Part shown: one piece after another, positions 9,084-19,929 of the stretch | How the letters are laid out: every line of letters starts with the position of its first letter | How positions within the stretch are numbered: the first letter of the stretch is position 1 | Assembly (NCBI GenBank): GCA_963666425.2 | Contig: OY762825.2 | Location: 1,152,001-1,216,000 of the forward strand | Length of the DNA stretch: 64,000 nt | Source of the DNA: Bacillota bacterium | GTDB taxonomy: Bacteria > Bacillota > JAAYKD01 | Reading direction: 5' to 3' | Notes under the pieces: generated by a model | Told to the model about the DNA's origin: nothing | The model's input: the letters and a program-made list of their open reading frames with translations, nothing else | The model's database searches: none | Made by a program: the position numbers and the translations under genes

Positions 9084-10579
9084 ACCATCTCCTTCAGTTC
9101 TGCCAAGCTCTTAATAATTTCCTTTTCGATCTCATGCAGGTCTGCCATGATTTCCTTCGTTGAGAGGTACTCCGTCTTAACATAGTCCGTCTTTTTATAT
9201 TTGTTAATGGAAAGGTCATAATCGTTCCCGACGATTTCAGCTTTCGGCACCAGAAAGGATTTTTCTGTTCTGGCACGGTCGGCTTCCTCATCCCTGTTTT
9301 TAAAACGCTCAATAATGTCGGGAATGTCGTTGTTATCCGGTGTAAGTGTCCGTTTGTCATCTAGGCTCATACCATCAGCAGTCATATTATAGAACCACAC
9401 GTTATCCGTGCCGCCATGGCCGGTCTTCGTAAATACTAAAATTCCGGTGGAAACGCCGGCATAAGGCTTGAACACGCCGGAAGGCATGGAAATGACTGCT
9501 TCCAGTCGATTACCCTCAATTAGCTCCTTACGGATAGCCTTATGCGCTGTGGAGGATCCAAACAGCACGCCGTCTGGTACGATGCAGGCACAGCGACCGC
9601 CCACCTTCAACATGCGCAAGAAAAGCGCCAAAAATAGCAGCTCGGTTTTCTTTGTCTTGCAAACTTTCAGAAGGTCAGTGGAAACCGTATCGGAATCCAA
9701 GCTGCCCTTGAACGGTGGATTGGCGAGGATCAGAGAATATCGTTCTCTATCTGGGTTCTGATCGGACAGGCTGTCGCGGTACTCTATAAACGGATTATCT
9801 ACGCCATGCGTCATCATGTTCATGGCGCCGATACGAAGCATCGTCCGATCCATGTCGTAGCCATGAAACATGTGGTTCATGTAGTGGCCTTTTTTTTGCT
9901 TGTCGAAGAAAATTTCTTCTTTGTAATGCTCTTTTAGGTATTCAGCAGCGGTCACCAGGAAGCCAGACGTGCCACAGGCGGGATCGCAGATTACATCGTC
10001 CGGTCGCGGTGCAAGCAGTTCCACCATCATACGGATAACGTGACGTGGTGTGCGGAACTGACCGTTCATACCGGAGGTGGAAATTTTAGAAAGCAGATAT
10101 TCGTAGACATCGCCACGCACATCCGATTCTTTCATGGCGGACATTTGGCGATAGATTTCATCCAGAGCGTCCACAATCTTGGAGAGCATCAGCGGTGTTG
10201 GGATTTTGAAAATAGCGTCATCCATATATTTGGAATAGGCGCTTTCTTTGTTCCCATGCAGATTTTTAATGAATGGGAACACTAGTTCTTGTACGACCGA
10301 GTACATTTTACCTGCCGGAAAATCGTGAAACACCGACCATTTGAGCTGGTTGCCGTCTACCCGGCGATCGCCAATCTGCACCTCATTGGCAAAAATGCTT
10401 TCAAAAGAAAGCCCCAGCATAGCACTCTCCTTAGCGCGCAGGTTGTCTGTGTCATCCAAGTCACGGATGAACATGAGATAGGTCATCTGCTCCACTACAT
10501 CCAACGGATTGGTCAGCCCACCGGTCCAGAACATTTCCCAAAGGCTATCGATTCGATTTTTCAGTTCGCCTGTTATCAT
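9080..10579 (-). CDS. hsdM: Type I R-M N6-adenine methyltransferase
   Basis: GQFRTPR, DPACGTSGFL, NPPF motifs. Confidence 0.95.
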   Translation of the reverse strand: MITGELKNRIDSLWEMFWTGGLTNPLDVVEQMTYLMFIRDLDDTDNLRAKESAMLGLSFESIFANEVQIGDRRVDGNQLKWSVFHDFPAGKMYSVVQELVFPFIKNLHGNKESAYSKYMDDAIFKIPTPLMLSKIVDALDEIYRQMSAMKESDVRGDVYEYLLSKISTSGMNGQFRTPRHVIRMMVELLAPRPDDVICDPACGTSGFLVTAAEYLKEHYKEEIFFDKQKKGHYMNHMFHGYDMDRTMLRIGAMNMMTHGVDNPFIEYRDSLSDQNPDRERYSLILANPPFKGSLDSDTVSTDLLKVCKTKKTELLFLALFLRMLKVGGRCACIVPDGVLFGSSTAHKAIRKELIEGNRLEAVISMPSGVFKPYAGVSTGILVFTKTGHGGTDNVWFYNMTADGMSLDDKRTLTPDNNDIPDIIERFKNRDEEADRARTEKSFLVPKAEIVGNDYDLSINKYKKTDYVKTEYLSTKEIMADLHEIEKEIIKSLAELKEMV

Positions 10580-11638
10580 TTATTCTTTCTCCCTATTCCA
10601 TGTATAGGAGGCGTAGCGCCCCCCACTGAGCTTAATGATTTCATCGCTTTTCAGCAGGTTATTCAGGGCCCGTTGGATGGTAACCTGACTGATGTCCGGG
10701 CATTTTTGCATGATTTCTGTTTTGGTGATTTTGCCAAGCGTCCCTTTAATGATCTCCCGAACACGATCCGCTTTGGAAAGATTACTGGTTGTCAGAAGCT
10801 GCATACGGGAAGAAAATTCCCGATATGCCGCAACAATCACGCCTAGCATATATCGCACAAATGGCATATAGTCATTTTTTTCTTCGTGCCAGCCTTCGGA
10901 ACTTTGCTGCAGAGTTTCATAATAGGTTTCTCGTGACATCTCGATCAGCTTTTCAATACTGATATATTTGCTAACGTTATAGCCACCGCGATAGAGTAAA
11001 AGCAGTGTCAGAAGACGACTCATGCGGCCGTTGCCATCGTTGAAGGGGTGAATGCAAAGAAAATCCAGAATAAACACTGGAATGAGCAGTAACGGATCGT
11101 ATTCGGCATTTTTGCTGGCTTCTTCCAGCGCAACGCAGAGCTGTTCCATCGCCTCTGTCGTCTCCCACGCTGGCACTGGTTGGAACCTGATGAACTTATT
11201 CCCTTGTGCATCTTCTTCCGCAATCACATTATCGGCGCTTTTATAAGAACCGCCGGTGCTTTTTCCGCTGAATTTATAGAGATCGCGGTGCAGCTGCAGG
11301 ATCATGGACGGTTTTGGTGGGATGAAGTCATGGCTTTCGTGAATCGTGGCAAGCACATCGCGGTAGCCGGCAATTTCCTCTTCGTTTCTGGTTTTCGGCA
11401 TTGTTTTATCACTGATAATTTTCTTCAATCGTTCGTTGGAAGTCGAGATGCCTTCGATTTTATTGGACGCCTCGGCACTCTGAATTTTCGCGACCTCAAC
11501 GAGTTGCGTCAATGTGTCGCTTTGAGCTTCAATAAATTGATTCTGCTCTCCCTTGAATTCATGGATTTGCACCAGAAGCGCAACGGTTTCTGGAGTAAGC
11601 AAAGCATGATATATCTTGTCATAATTGTATTTCCGCAT
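10580..11638 (-). CDS. Fic-family protein (class II, N-terminal inhibitory motif, C-terminal wHTH)
   Basis: HPFNDGNGRMSR catalytic motif; SNKIEG inhibitory motif; stop directly abuts hsdM ATG. Confidence 0.9.
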   Translation of the reverse strand: MRKYNYDKIYHALLTPETVALLVQIHEFKGEQNQFIEAQSDTLTQLVEVAKIQSAEASNKIEGISTSNERLKKIISDKTMPKTRNEEEIAGYRDVLATIHESHDFIPPKPSMILQLHRDLYKFSGKSTGGSYKSADNVIAEEDAQGNKFIRFQPVPAWETTEAMEQLCVALEEASKNAEYDPLLLIPVFILDFLCIHPFNDGNGRMSRLLTLLLLYRGGYNVSKYISIEKLIEMSRETYYETLQQSSEGWHEEKNDYMPFVRYMLGVIVAAYREFSSRMQLLTTSNLSKADRVREIIKGTLGKITKTEIMQKCPDISQVTIQRALNNLLKSDEIIKLSGGRYASYTWNREKE

Positions 11639-11844
11639 AGTATTACCTCAGTTCAAAATCAACTTGCTCATACGTTTCATATTGATGCAATTACAGAATA
11701 TCTCCATTTTCATCAAAAGTCAAGATCAATTTGATCATTATTTTCTTATATGAGTAAATTGATATGCGCGGTGATGCAACAACGCCGCCCGAGAGAATTA
11801 CTCCCTTAGGCGGCGCCGTTATTGAGGTTAGCTTCAAGTGATCT

Positions 11845-12230
11845 GTACACCGTGATTGTTCTGCACCGACTTGAAAAAGTTCTTCGCAATTTCGCTCTTG
11901 CTGTCATAATCCACGGACAAAGAAAAATACCTTTGATTTTTCAATAAAGCCGCTTTTCACTAGCTCGGTTGTCACGAATCCGCTCAAGCAGCTCATCAAA
12001 GTAGTCGGCACCGAATTCTTTCGGGCTTCGTAGGCGCTCATCATTCAGGACAAAGCTTATCTTCATGTACTAACTGAGAATGTCATTGGCTCATCTGCAA
12101 AGATGAACACCGATGTTGCTGGAACGTAAACAAAGAAAAAATCATATCAAGACTGTAACAATCCGTTTCTCTGGAGATCTCATCCCCGGTGGCTTTATCA
12201 CGCCGGAATATCCAGAAATGCTATCTTGGA
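11845..12230 (-). pseudogene. RhuM-family (virulence RhuM) pseudogene
   Basis: Hand translation: YSLDMIF..., FVLNDERLRSPKEFGADYFDELLERIRDNRASEKRLY*, SVDYDSKSEIAKNFFKSVQN with several stops/frameshifts; ends approximate. Confidence 0.8.
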
Positions 12231-12311
12231 GCCTTGTTTGCTATAGCATTTTCAACTAATTATTCAATATTGTTCTTTATATAATAAGCACGTGGTTATC
12301 GTCCTAAGTTA

Positions 12312-15300
12312 CTATTTAAAAACTAATTTTATGTCATCCAAATTGTAGTATTCAATCCCACCTTTTCTAGCTCTAATACTCGGCGGAATCAGTTCTATCA
12401 ACTCCTGTCTTGTATGTACGCCCGGTAAAACATAATATGTTCTATCGTAACCTAAAAATAAAATACTCCAACCTTCTCTAACCCCCTGAACATATGTATC
12501 ATCTTTCCCAATGTAATCTTTGAGTTTGAGTTCGTCATCTTCCGTAATATCTCTGGGTGCAACATATTCAAACAGAGCATAGTCTATATATTCTTCTCTC
12601 GCTAATCTTATATAGGTGTTCAATTCAAATAAGCTGAAGTAATTCTGAATCTTTTCAACACGTCCAATCAAGCAAAGCGGTTTTCCAAAACGCTCCTTAT
12701 TATGTGATGATATACCGATTTTCGGGTTCACAAGAGCTGGCTCAATAATGCCCATTCCATATAACCCGTTTCCGATTTTTGAGATTATTTTTATCCGTCT
12801 CTCGTCTAGAGAATAATTATCTTCCCTTTCTCGCTCTTTTATTTTACTAAATAGCCTCTCAGGCACTACCGGCCACAAACTAGTAACCAAATCATATTGC
12901 TCAAAACGCCCTTCCCATTTATCTGCCTTTAATACATATTGAACATGACGCAATAACGTTCTATCTTCTTTTAGCGCAACCGATGGCGGGAAAAATAGAT
13001 TTGACTTAATATTTATGCTTTCGTCCAAAACTCCAATTGCTTCAGCTGCGAACGCTTTTCCAAAAAATAATTGTCTTGCTACATCATCCAGCTGCCTAAT
13101 ATCAATATTTTTAAATGTTACATCGGGGAGTCTTACTAACTCACTTAGAGAGTTTGTTTTTTGATCGATTAAATTCACTTTGTCTAGCTTCATTGAGCCG
13201 TACTCTGTAGCTGATAATTGCTGAAGTATATCACCAGAAAATTCCTCAAACTCGTATAATAGAATGTTGATCGTCAGTTGAGCCTCGGCTGAATCGGCTC
13301 CAATCTTTTCCTCTCTTAAATATGCCACTACAACTTCTACGACTTTAATTATTAGTTTATCGACAAGTTTTTTTAGGATCTCGGTAAGGTCTTCCGAAAA
13401 ACCTACTATATTGTTTCGGTCAACAGACAATACGGGCCTTTTTTCTCCAATGAAATTCAATATGACACTAGAGTTCTGAGACAAACTATACCCTAGTAGT
13501 GCATATTTTTTTAAATGCACGGAATTTTCATTTACGACAACCCCGTCGACTAAAATTGTTAGTTGACTAGTTTTCCATAAATACCTAGAAAAACTAAAAA
13601 CATAACGATTTAGTACGGGAATGCCCTTTTGAGGCAAACAAATAAATGTGTGTAGCTGAACACCGTCAAATCCTACACAAATTGGTATATCTTTGATAAA
13701 ATTGCGGCATGTTATAACATCTTTATATTGATTTTCGTTATCATTTTCTAAATTGTATCGCCCAAAAGCTGTTGCAAATGCAGCGACATTTGTATTTGGA
13801 TATTTCCTAAAATCAAAAATTTCATTAAATGGAATAATCGGGTGTGATTTATCGTTTTCGTCGTATACGCAGACTTCAATATCGGGGTCAGGAATGCCTA
13901 TTTGCTTGTTCACTTTCCAGAAAAGGCTGCTTTCAAATTCTTTATAGCTTGATTTATCAAATGTTTCATCGTACCTGCTGTTATTCCCTGCAAAAATAAA
14001 ATAATACAAATCCTTTGGAATGATACAATTGATTATTTCAGAAGTCTTTCCGTTAAGGAAAATTTTTACTAGTGTACCATGTTCGCCTATGCGCTCATTA
14101 TCAAGTTCGTTGATAGGTATATGATAAAATCGCTCATTAGCCCCTTCTATTACAAAGGACAATGGTATAATAGCATTTTCATAGTGCTTTGTAGTTATTT
14201 CAAGTGCATCACCTAACATAAAGCATGAAAGAATACCTATTCCGAATTGGGATGTTGGGTTTACCGCATTTGACCAATTGGCATTTTTCCTAATAAAATC
14301 GCGAGATTTATAGTATGAATTGCCAATGTGCAAAAGGTGATTTTTTACAATATCCATCGTCATGCCTGTTCCATTATCTAAGCAATAAATATATGTTCGA
14401 CCATTGCTGTCGGTTGACAATCCAAAGGATATTTTATAATTACTAAATACACTTCTTGTTATGTCGATTGCTTTCATACATTTGCATGCATCGAGCGAGT
14501 TTTGGTAAAGTTCTCGCAAACAAAGGTATTCATCTTTATAAAGTTGTGCACCCGCCAAAAGACCGAGAATTTTAGATTGCTCCAAGGTAAACTTTGCATC
14601 GTTTTCAGGTATAAATATTGATGTATCAGCATCAATTCCTGTTCTATCCGCAGCTATCGCAATTTTAATATCATAGTTCTCCCGATTAGGTATATCATCA
14701 TATTCTAATCGCTGTAGAAATTTAAAGTATAGCGCAATCTCATCGTCAACAGAGTCCAAATAATCCTGTAAAAAATAGTAAGTATCCGGCGATGAACAAT
14801 ATGCTTTAAATTTTATGGTTGTCTTGGAATTGGTATTGCTAAATTCATAATGTGTTTCCTCGAATTTTGACTTCCAATGCTTATAACTTACTGGGTCAGT
14901 AATTTTCTTTTCGGCAAACAGCGACATGGGTGCTCTATCCGAAGAAAAATGAATAATATCGCCAAGTCTTAACATAATTGCTACAAATTGAACATTCACC
15001 TTACCAAGAGAATCTATTTCATAGTCAAAATCTAACTTTTTGACATCAACGGCTTCATCCCCATGCGCTTTACAAACTTTGGCTAAGACGTTCAGATACT
15101 TATCTGCAGTAGATTTTTTTAGCAACGCTCTGAATCTTTTACGCATATTGCCAATAAATTCAACAATACGTTTATTATGTGTTGTTCTAATGAAGTCACA
15201 CCTAATTAGATTGCTATAATTGAGATAATCATAGCTATCTAATTTTTTGTTTCTTAATTGATCTGAAAACCCGTTTCGAAATTCTTCATAAGACCGTACA

Positions 15301-15812
15301 CGTTTCGCTAAATCAAGTTGTAGTTCGGCTTCGTTCTCGGGAGCAAAAATAAAACTCTCCACATTGCTGTATTTCACATATATATAGCGTTTATTCTCAT
15401 CGATAATTTTCTCTATTTCAATTAAAGACTGAACCGGCTTAAAATCGTTCTTAATGCAAGGTTTCACATCCCGATTATAATGTTCCTCACATCCTTCAAA
15501 AGCTTTTAATAAATCGTATTCCCATTTAGGGAGCGCCATTGCAGCATCATGAAAAAAGCAACTTGAATATATTAGTATAGCTTCAAGGAATGATAAATCG
15601 GCCATTTTAACTCCAAGAAGGTTTTCAATATTTTCTAAAACCTTTTCGGAGTGATTAGCGTCGTGTATATCAAAATTATTCAATTGAGCAGTTATTTGAG
15701 ATAAATGGGTTTTGCAATCTTCAATAGCGTCTTTTAATGTTGACCACAATGTAGCCTTTGCCTCATTGCCATCTATTTTCAATTTTTCTTCTATGAAATC
15801 ATCTAACTTCAT
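12312..15812 (-). CDS. HD-domain + HSP90-like (GHKL) ATPase multidomain protein, putative defence/conflict protein
   Basis: N-term HDANHS..FFHDAAM..RTTH..KAHG..RLGD; central RELYQNSLDA, DNGTGM, SQFGIGILSCF, HGTLV; long uncharacterised C-term; AT-rich. Confidence 0.8.
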   Translation of the reverse strand: MKLDDFIEEKLKIDGNEAKATLWSTLKDAIEDCKTHLSQITAQLNNFDIHDANHSEKVLENIENLLGVKMADLSFLEAILIYSSCFFHDAAMALPKWEYDLLKAFEGCEEHYNRDVKPCIKNDFKPVQSLIEIEKIIDENKRYIYVKYSNVESFIFAPENEAELQLDLAKRVRSYEEFRNGFSDQLRNKKLDSYDYLNYSNLIRCDFIRTTHNKRIVEFIGNMRKRFRALLKKSTADKYLNVLAKVCKAHGDEAVDVKKLDFDYEIDSLGKVNVQFVAIMLRLGDIIHFSSDRAPMSLFAEKKITDPVSYKHWKSKFEETHYEFSNTNSKTTIKFKAYCSSPDTYYFLQDYLDSVDDEIALYFKFLQRLEYDDIPNRENYDIKIAIAADRTGIDADTSIFIPENDAKFTLEQSKILGLLAGAQLYKDEYLCLRELYQNSLDACKCMKAIDITRSVFSNYKISFGLSTDSNGRTYIYCLDNGTGMTMDIVKNHLLHIGNSYYKSRDFIRKNANWSNAVNPTSQFGIGILSCFMLGDALEITTKHYENAIIPLSFVIEGANERFYHIPINELDNERIGEHGTLVKIFLNGKTSEIINCIIPKDLYYFIFAGNNSRYDETFDKSSYKEFESSLFWKVNKQIGIPDPDIEVCVYDENDKSHPIIPFNEIFDFRKYPNTNVAAFATAFGRYNLENDNENQYKDVITCRNFIKDIPICVGFDGVQLHTFICLPQKGIPVLNRYVFSFSRYLWKTSQLTILVDGVVVNENSVHLKKYALLGYSLSQNSSVILNFIGEKRPVLSVDRNNIVGFSEDLTEILKKLVDKLIIKVVEVVVAYLREEKIGADSAEAQLTINILLYEFEEFSGDILQQLSATEYGSMKLDKVNLIDQKTNSLSELVRLPDVTFKNIDIRQLDDVARQLFFGKAFAAEAIGVLDESINIKSNLFFPPSVALKEDRTLLRHVQYVLKADKWEGRFEQYDLVTSLWPVVPERLFSKIKEREREDNYSLDERRIKIISKIGNGLYGMGIIEPALVNPKIGISSHNKERFGKPLCLIGRVEKIQNYFSLFELNTYIRLAREEYIDYALFEYVAPRDITEDDELKLKDYIGKDDTYVQGVREGWSILFLGYDRTYYVLPGVHTRQELIELIPPSIRARKGGIEYYNLDDIKLVFK

Positions 15813-16088
15813 TAAAATTACCTCACATTACTACTGCATAGCGCCTATACTTCAATAAATCCATTTACTCCAACTTATGTAATAATTACCCATTGGTTAA
15901 ATACGACTCCGCTTAAGCATGTGACCTCTCCTTTTGGCTAATGCCTAATTTCTCACGTGCATTTTGCAATCGCGGAAAAAAATATTTGGCCGTATCTTAT
16001 ATATGCATTATAACACATGTTTTAGAATATGTGGACTTTTTTGACATAATTTTAATGCTATCCAAGAAACCAGAATTTTTGCATTAGA

Positions 16089-17045
16089 TAGATTGTAAAA
16101 TGGTGTGCGCTACCCTAAATGGGTAAAAGGATAGCCCACAGTGAAAGATTCATGTAGAATGGAGTTGTTAAGACAACATTCAAGCGGGGTTGAATACTAG
16201 AATCATTATCACTCGGATATTTGCACAGAGCAATTGCTTAAAAAACCTTATCGGCATCATGCCAGCATTGACCGTGAAGTTCGTCGCAATGAATCTAATA
16301 GTGTTTATTTTGGAGAGGTTACACAATCTTCTTATGAGACTCGCCGCAAGCACCTTAAGCCAAATGGAAAACACAAGGGTTATTTGGTACCCGGTATCAC
16401 AGAGAAACTACTGGTAACTTGGTTCCCCAGAACAAATTGCTAATACGGTTACACTGGGTATCGTTAATTGCAAAATCATTTACAATTGGCTTTACGCTAG
16501 TGAAATTCCTACAATCATTGAACAAAATCTGTAACAAAAGAGTAAACGTAGAAATGCTGAAATACCTTTGGTCACTAGGTTACTTGACAGTATGGTTTCC
16601 AGCCGTGGAGAAAACAAGGTCTGCTCTGACACATTTGAAGAGAGAAAACCCAGCTGTATACCGCACTCAAGGCACCTAACAAAACGGCATCTTCTATGCA
16701 AACAGCCATTACTGCCCTTTACAACACGCTGCAGAAAAGCACTTTCATGACTAGTACAACGAATCGATGAAAAGAGTTTGCCTGTTATATAGCTATTCTA
16801 GAGTCCTTAAGTCTGATCTTACATTTTGCCGATTCCTACTTTTTCGTGGCAACGTGGAAGCAAAGAAAATTCCAACAGCTTACTGCGAGAGTTTTTATCT
16901 TGAGAAAACAGATCTCACTCTAGTGTACCTGGAGCAAATAAAACACAATCTATTTCTCATTAACTCCAGACCACGAAAACACCTGGACAGGAAATCACCT
17001 ATTCAAGTTTTCTTCATGAAATGGCTCACTTGACTTGACAATTCA
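16089..17045 (+). mobile_element. Degenerate IS30-family element (transposase pseudogene)
   Basis: Fragments HASIDREVRRN and EFY..KTDL..INSRPRKHLDRKSP; imperfect IRs TAGATTGTAAAATGGTGTGCGC / (rc) TGAATTGTCAAGTCAAGTGAGC; many frameshifts. Confidence 0.75.
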
Positions 17046-17285
17046 TCATGCGTTTAACTTAATGCGAATGCACATAGCGATGGTATAGGTTTCAACAAAG
17101 CTCTAAAGTGTTATATCTAAATCGATTTTTGCCTTTTGAAGCTGTTCACGCTCCCATACGAGGATTTCGCGCTTCGTGGCGTAGCCGCGTTTTTGCGTTT
17201 GTCTGCTTGTAGCTTTCCAGACGTTATAACGATAGACAGCTCGTTAAGTATTGGTGTTCGGTTCTGTATATACCGCCGATCGATC
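17046..17285 (-). pseudogene. N-terminal (arm-binding) remnant of a tyrosine integrase
   Basis: Hand translation AVYTEPNTNT..VYRYNVWK..QKRGYATKREILVWEREQLQKAKIDLDITL*SFVETY; truncated at the IS30 end. Confidence 0.7.
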
Positions 17286-17440
17286 ATTTCCTTTCCAGAT
17301 TTACGAATTTGCGTAGCATGTATATGCTAATCTAAATGTTGACCAGTTTAGCACCGAATGCTAAACGAAAAGTTGACCACCTTGAGCCCCTTTCCTGTTA
17401 TGATGTATTTGCGAGAAACATCAAGCAGGAGGAAAGGAAA

Positions 17441-18910
17441 ATGTACAAGATGGTCGATAAAGAGTATATCAGAAAACTGTATTACATGGAAGACTGGCCC
17501 ATCAGGAAAATCAGTCGTCAGCTTCAGATATCACGTCAAGCCATCCGAAAAATGATAGAGGATACGGAAAAGCCAAAGTATGAAATTAAGAAAGAGCGGC
17601 CGGCACCGGTCATGGATCAGTATTTGGAAATATTGCGGAAATGGATTGAAGAAGACGAGAAAGCTCCGAAAAAACAAAGGCATACTGCGATACGAATGTA
17701 TGAACGCTTAAGGGATGAACATAATTTTACCGGTGGCAGTTCAACCGTGAGACAGAGCGTTGCCAAATTGAAAAACAAAGTACCGGAAGTATTTATACCT
17801 TTGACGGCAGCACCGGGTGAACAGGTTCAGGTAGACTTCGGGCATGCACAAGTGGTGCTGGCCGGTCATGAACAGAAAGTAAATATCTTTTGCATGCGTT
17901 TGAAGCACAGTTCGGTACCCTTTGTTGTAGCTTTTCCAACAGAACGGCTGGAAGCCTTTTTGGAAGGACACGTTCAAGGTTTTGCTTACTTCGGTGGTGT
18001 GCCAAGAGAAGGTCTCTACGATAATGCGAAGACGCAGGTCGTGAAGATCTTAGAGGGGCCTTACCGCCAAGAACACGAGGATTTCTCAAGTTTACGCTCT
18101 CACTATTTGTTTAACAGTCTTTTTTGCCGACCGAGAAAAGGTAATGAGAAAGGAGCGGTAGAGGGTCTGGTGAAGCAAGTACGCAGCCAAGCAATGGTTC
18201 CCGTGCCGGAATGCGAAAATTTGGAAGAACTTAACGCTTTATTACTGAATTGGTGTAAGAAAGAAAAATCAAGAAACCAAGAAAAGTGGTTAGCTGAACA
18301 GGCGCAATTACGTCCTTTGCCAGTAGAACCATACTCGGCAGCAAAAATAGTGGCTGCGAAGGTGAGTTCTTACTCACTGGTGACCATTGACCGAAACCGT
18401 TACTCCGTTCCCACAGAGTTTGTAGGAGAAAACTTATTTGTTAAAGCTTATGTGAATCGCATAGAAGTTCTGCACCGTAACCATGTTATTGCGACTCACG
18501 ATCGCTGCTACGGTAGGAACCATACTTCTTTACAATTAGAGCATTATCTCAATGCCTTAGAGAAAAAACCACACGCGGTAACACATGCTACGGTGGTTCG
18601 CCAATTGCCTTTACCTTTTCAGCAGGTCAAAGAGAACATGGAGCAAGCGCACGGAACCGGCTACAAAGATTTTTTACGAGTTCTTTTGTTAACACACGAG
18701 TATCCGTTGAATGAAATAGGTGCTGCGATTACCGACCTTGGGGCTTCTCGAGCCTGCGAAGAGACCCTGAGACACTATTTACAAAGTAAACGAAACCCAT
18801 TAGAAGAACAGCGAGACCCACAAAGACAACTCCTCACCAATGGGATTCCCCTGATCACCATACAAGATACTCAACGCTATGATTTGTTGTTGCAGGGGGT
18901 GAGAGCATGA
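17441..18910 (+). CDS. istA: IS21 transposase IstA
   Basis: HTH, QVDFG, YDNAKT, EKGAVE DDE motifs, NRYSVP; start after GGAGGAAAGGA SD. Confidence 0.95.
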   Translation: MYKMVDKEYIRKLYYMEDWPIRKISRQLQISRQAIRKMIEDTEKPKYEIKKERPAPVMDQYLEILRKWIEEDEKAPKKQRHTAIRMYERLRDEHNFTGGSSTVRQSVAKLKNKVPEVFIPLTAAPGEQVQVDFGHAQVVLAGHEQKVNIFCMRLKHSSVPFVVAFPTERLEAFLEGHVQGFAYFGGVPREGLYDNAKTQVVKILEGPYRQEHEDFSSLRSHYLFNSLFCRPRKGNEKGAVEGLVKQVRSQAMVPVPECENLEELNALLLNWCKKEKSRNQEKWLAEQAQLRPLPVEPYSAAKIVAAKVSSYSLVTIDRNRYSVPTEFVGENLFVKAYVNRIEVLHRNHVIATHDRCYGRNHTSLQLEHYLNALEKKPHAVTHATVVRQLPLPFQQVKENMEQAHGTGYKDFLRVLLLTHEYPLNEIGAAITDLGASRACEETLRHYLQSKRNPLEEQRDPQRQLLTNGIPLITIQDTQRYDLLLQGVRA

Positions 18911-19671
18911 GTCTTGATATAACCGAGGCTCAAATTGAGCTCTCTTGTAAACTTCTTCGCTTACCAGGCTTGAAACAACAGTTTCGCGCTCTGGTTCGCG
19001 AAGCAAACGAAAGGAACCTGAATTGTAGTCAATTCTTGAAACTGTGCTTAGAACAAGAAATTCACGATCGCCAGGTAAAGAAACAGCAAATTCTGCTTCG
19101 TCAGGCTAAATTCCCGGCAAAGAAGACCTTGGCGGATTTCGATTTTACGAAAATCCCGCAACTGCCAAAGAACAAAATATTAAAGCTTGCCGATTCCGAA
19201 TATGTTAAGCGTAAAGAAAATATTATTTGTATTGGCAGAGCTGGAACGGGAAAAAGTCATATTAGCATTGCCTTGGGAATGGAAGCTTTACAAAAGGGTT
19301 TTCGAGTTCGGTTCATTTCAGTGATGCAGCTTTTGCAGGAAATTCAATTGGCTGAAGCGGAATTCCGCTTACCCCGCTACTTAAAAGCATGGAACCGAGT
19401 CGATCTTGTTATTCTTGATGAACTTGGTTATCTCCCACTTGGGGAACAGGGTAAACTACTATTTCATTTTATCTCTCAACGTTACGAAACAGGAAGCTTG
19501 ATAATAACCTCTAACTTAGAGTTTTCCCGCTGGGTTGAAGTCTTGCATGACCCAGCATTAACTTCTGCCTTGCTAGACAGACTGACTCACCATTCTAATA
19601 TTATCCTTTTCGATGGAGAATCGTATCGCTTTCGCGAAAGCCTGGCTCGCCAGGCGGTGGATTTGAATTAG
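18907..19671 (+). CDS. istB: IS21 helper ATPase IstB
   Basis: GRAGTGKSH Walker A, LVILDELGY, SNLEF, LDRLTHH, GESYR. Confidence 0.95.
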   Translation: MSLDITEAQIELSCKLLRLPGLKQQFRALVREANERNLNCSQFLKLCLEQEIHDRQVKKQQILLRQAKFPAKKTLADFDFTKIPQLPKNKILKLADSEYVKRKENIICIGRAGTGKSHISIALGMEALQKGFRVRFISVMQLLQEIQLAEAEFRLPRYLKAWNRVDLVILDELGYLPLGEQGKLLFHFISQRYETGSLIITSNLEFSRWVEVLHDPALTSALLDRLTHHSNIILFDGESYRFRESLARQAVDLN

Positions 19672-19760
19672 TTTTCACTAAGTTTTTATCTTATTTTTTT
19701 ACGCCAAGGTGGTCAACTTTTCGAATAGCAAGGTGGTCAACTTTTCGATTGACAAATACA

Positions 19761-19929
19761 GTAGCAAACTATTTTTTCAAAATATTTCTTATTTACCCTA
19801 CCTTCTATGGTCAGAAAGCCCATGTAAATTAAATTGGTTGTTGAGTTTTTGATCAACTTTGTAGGCATATGATTTTGATACGCTCAATTCTTTAGCTACA
19901 TCTTCGACACACATGAAAGCATTACTCAT
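19761..19929 (-). pseudogene. Excisionase-like HTH gene, frameshifted and interrupted by IS21 (tail at about 17300-17318)
   Basis: MSNAFMCVEDVAKELSVSKSYAYK..KLN then frameshift to GFLTIEGRVNKKYFEKIVCY; resumes as ANS* beyond the IS. Confidence 0.75.

Larger units (their letters stand above)
17319..19760 (+). mobile_element. Intact IS21-family insertion sequence (2442 bp) with 6-bp target duplication GTAGCA
   Basis: TG...CA ends; IRs TGTATATGCTAATCTAAATGTTGACCA / (rc) TGTATTTGTCAATCGAAAAGTTGACCA; repeated AAAAGTTGACCACC boxes; GTAGCA at 17313-17318 and 19761-19766. Confidence 0.95.
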
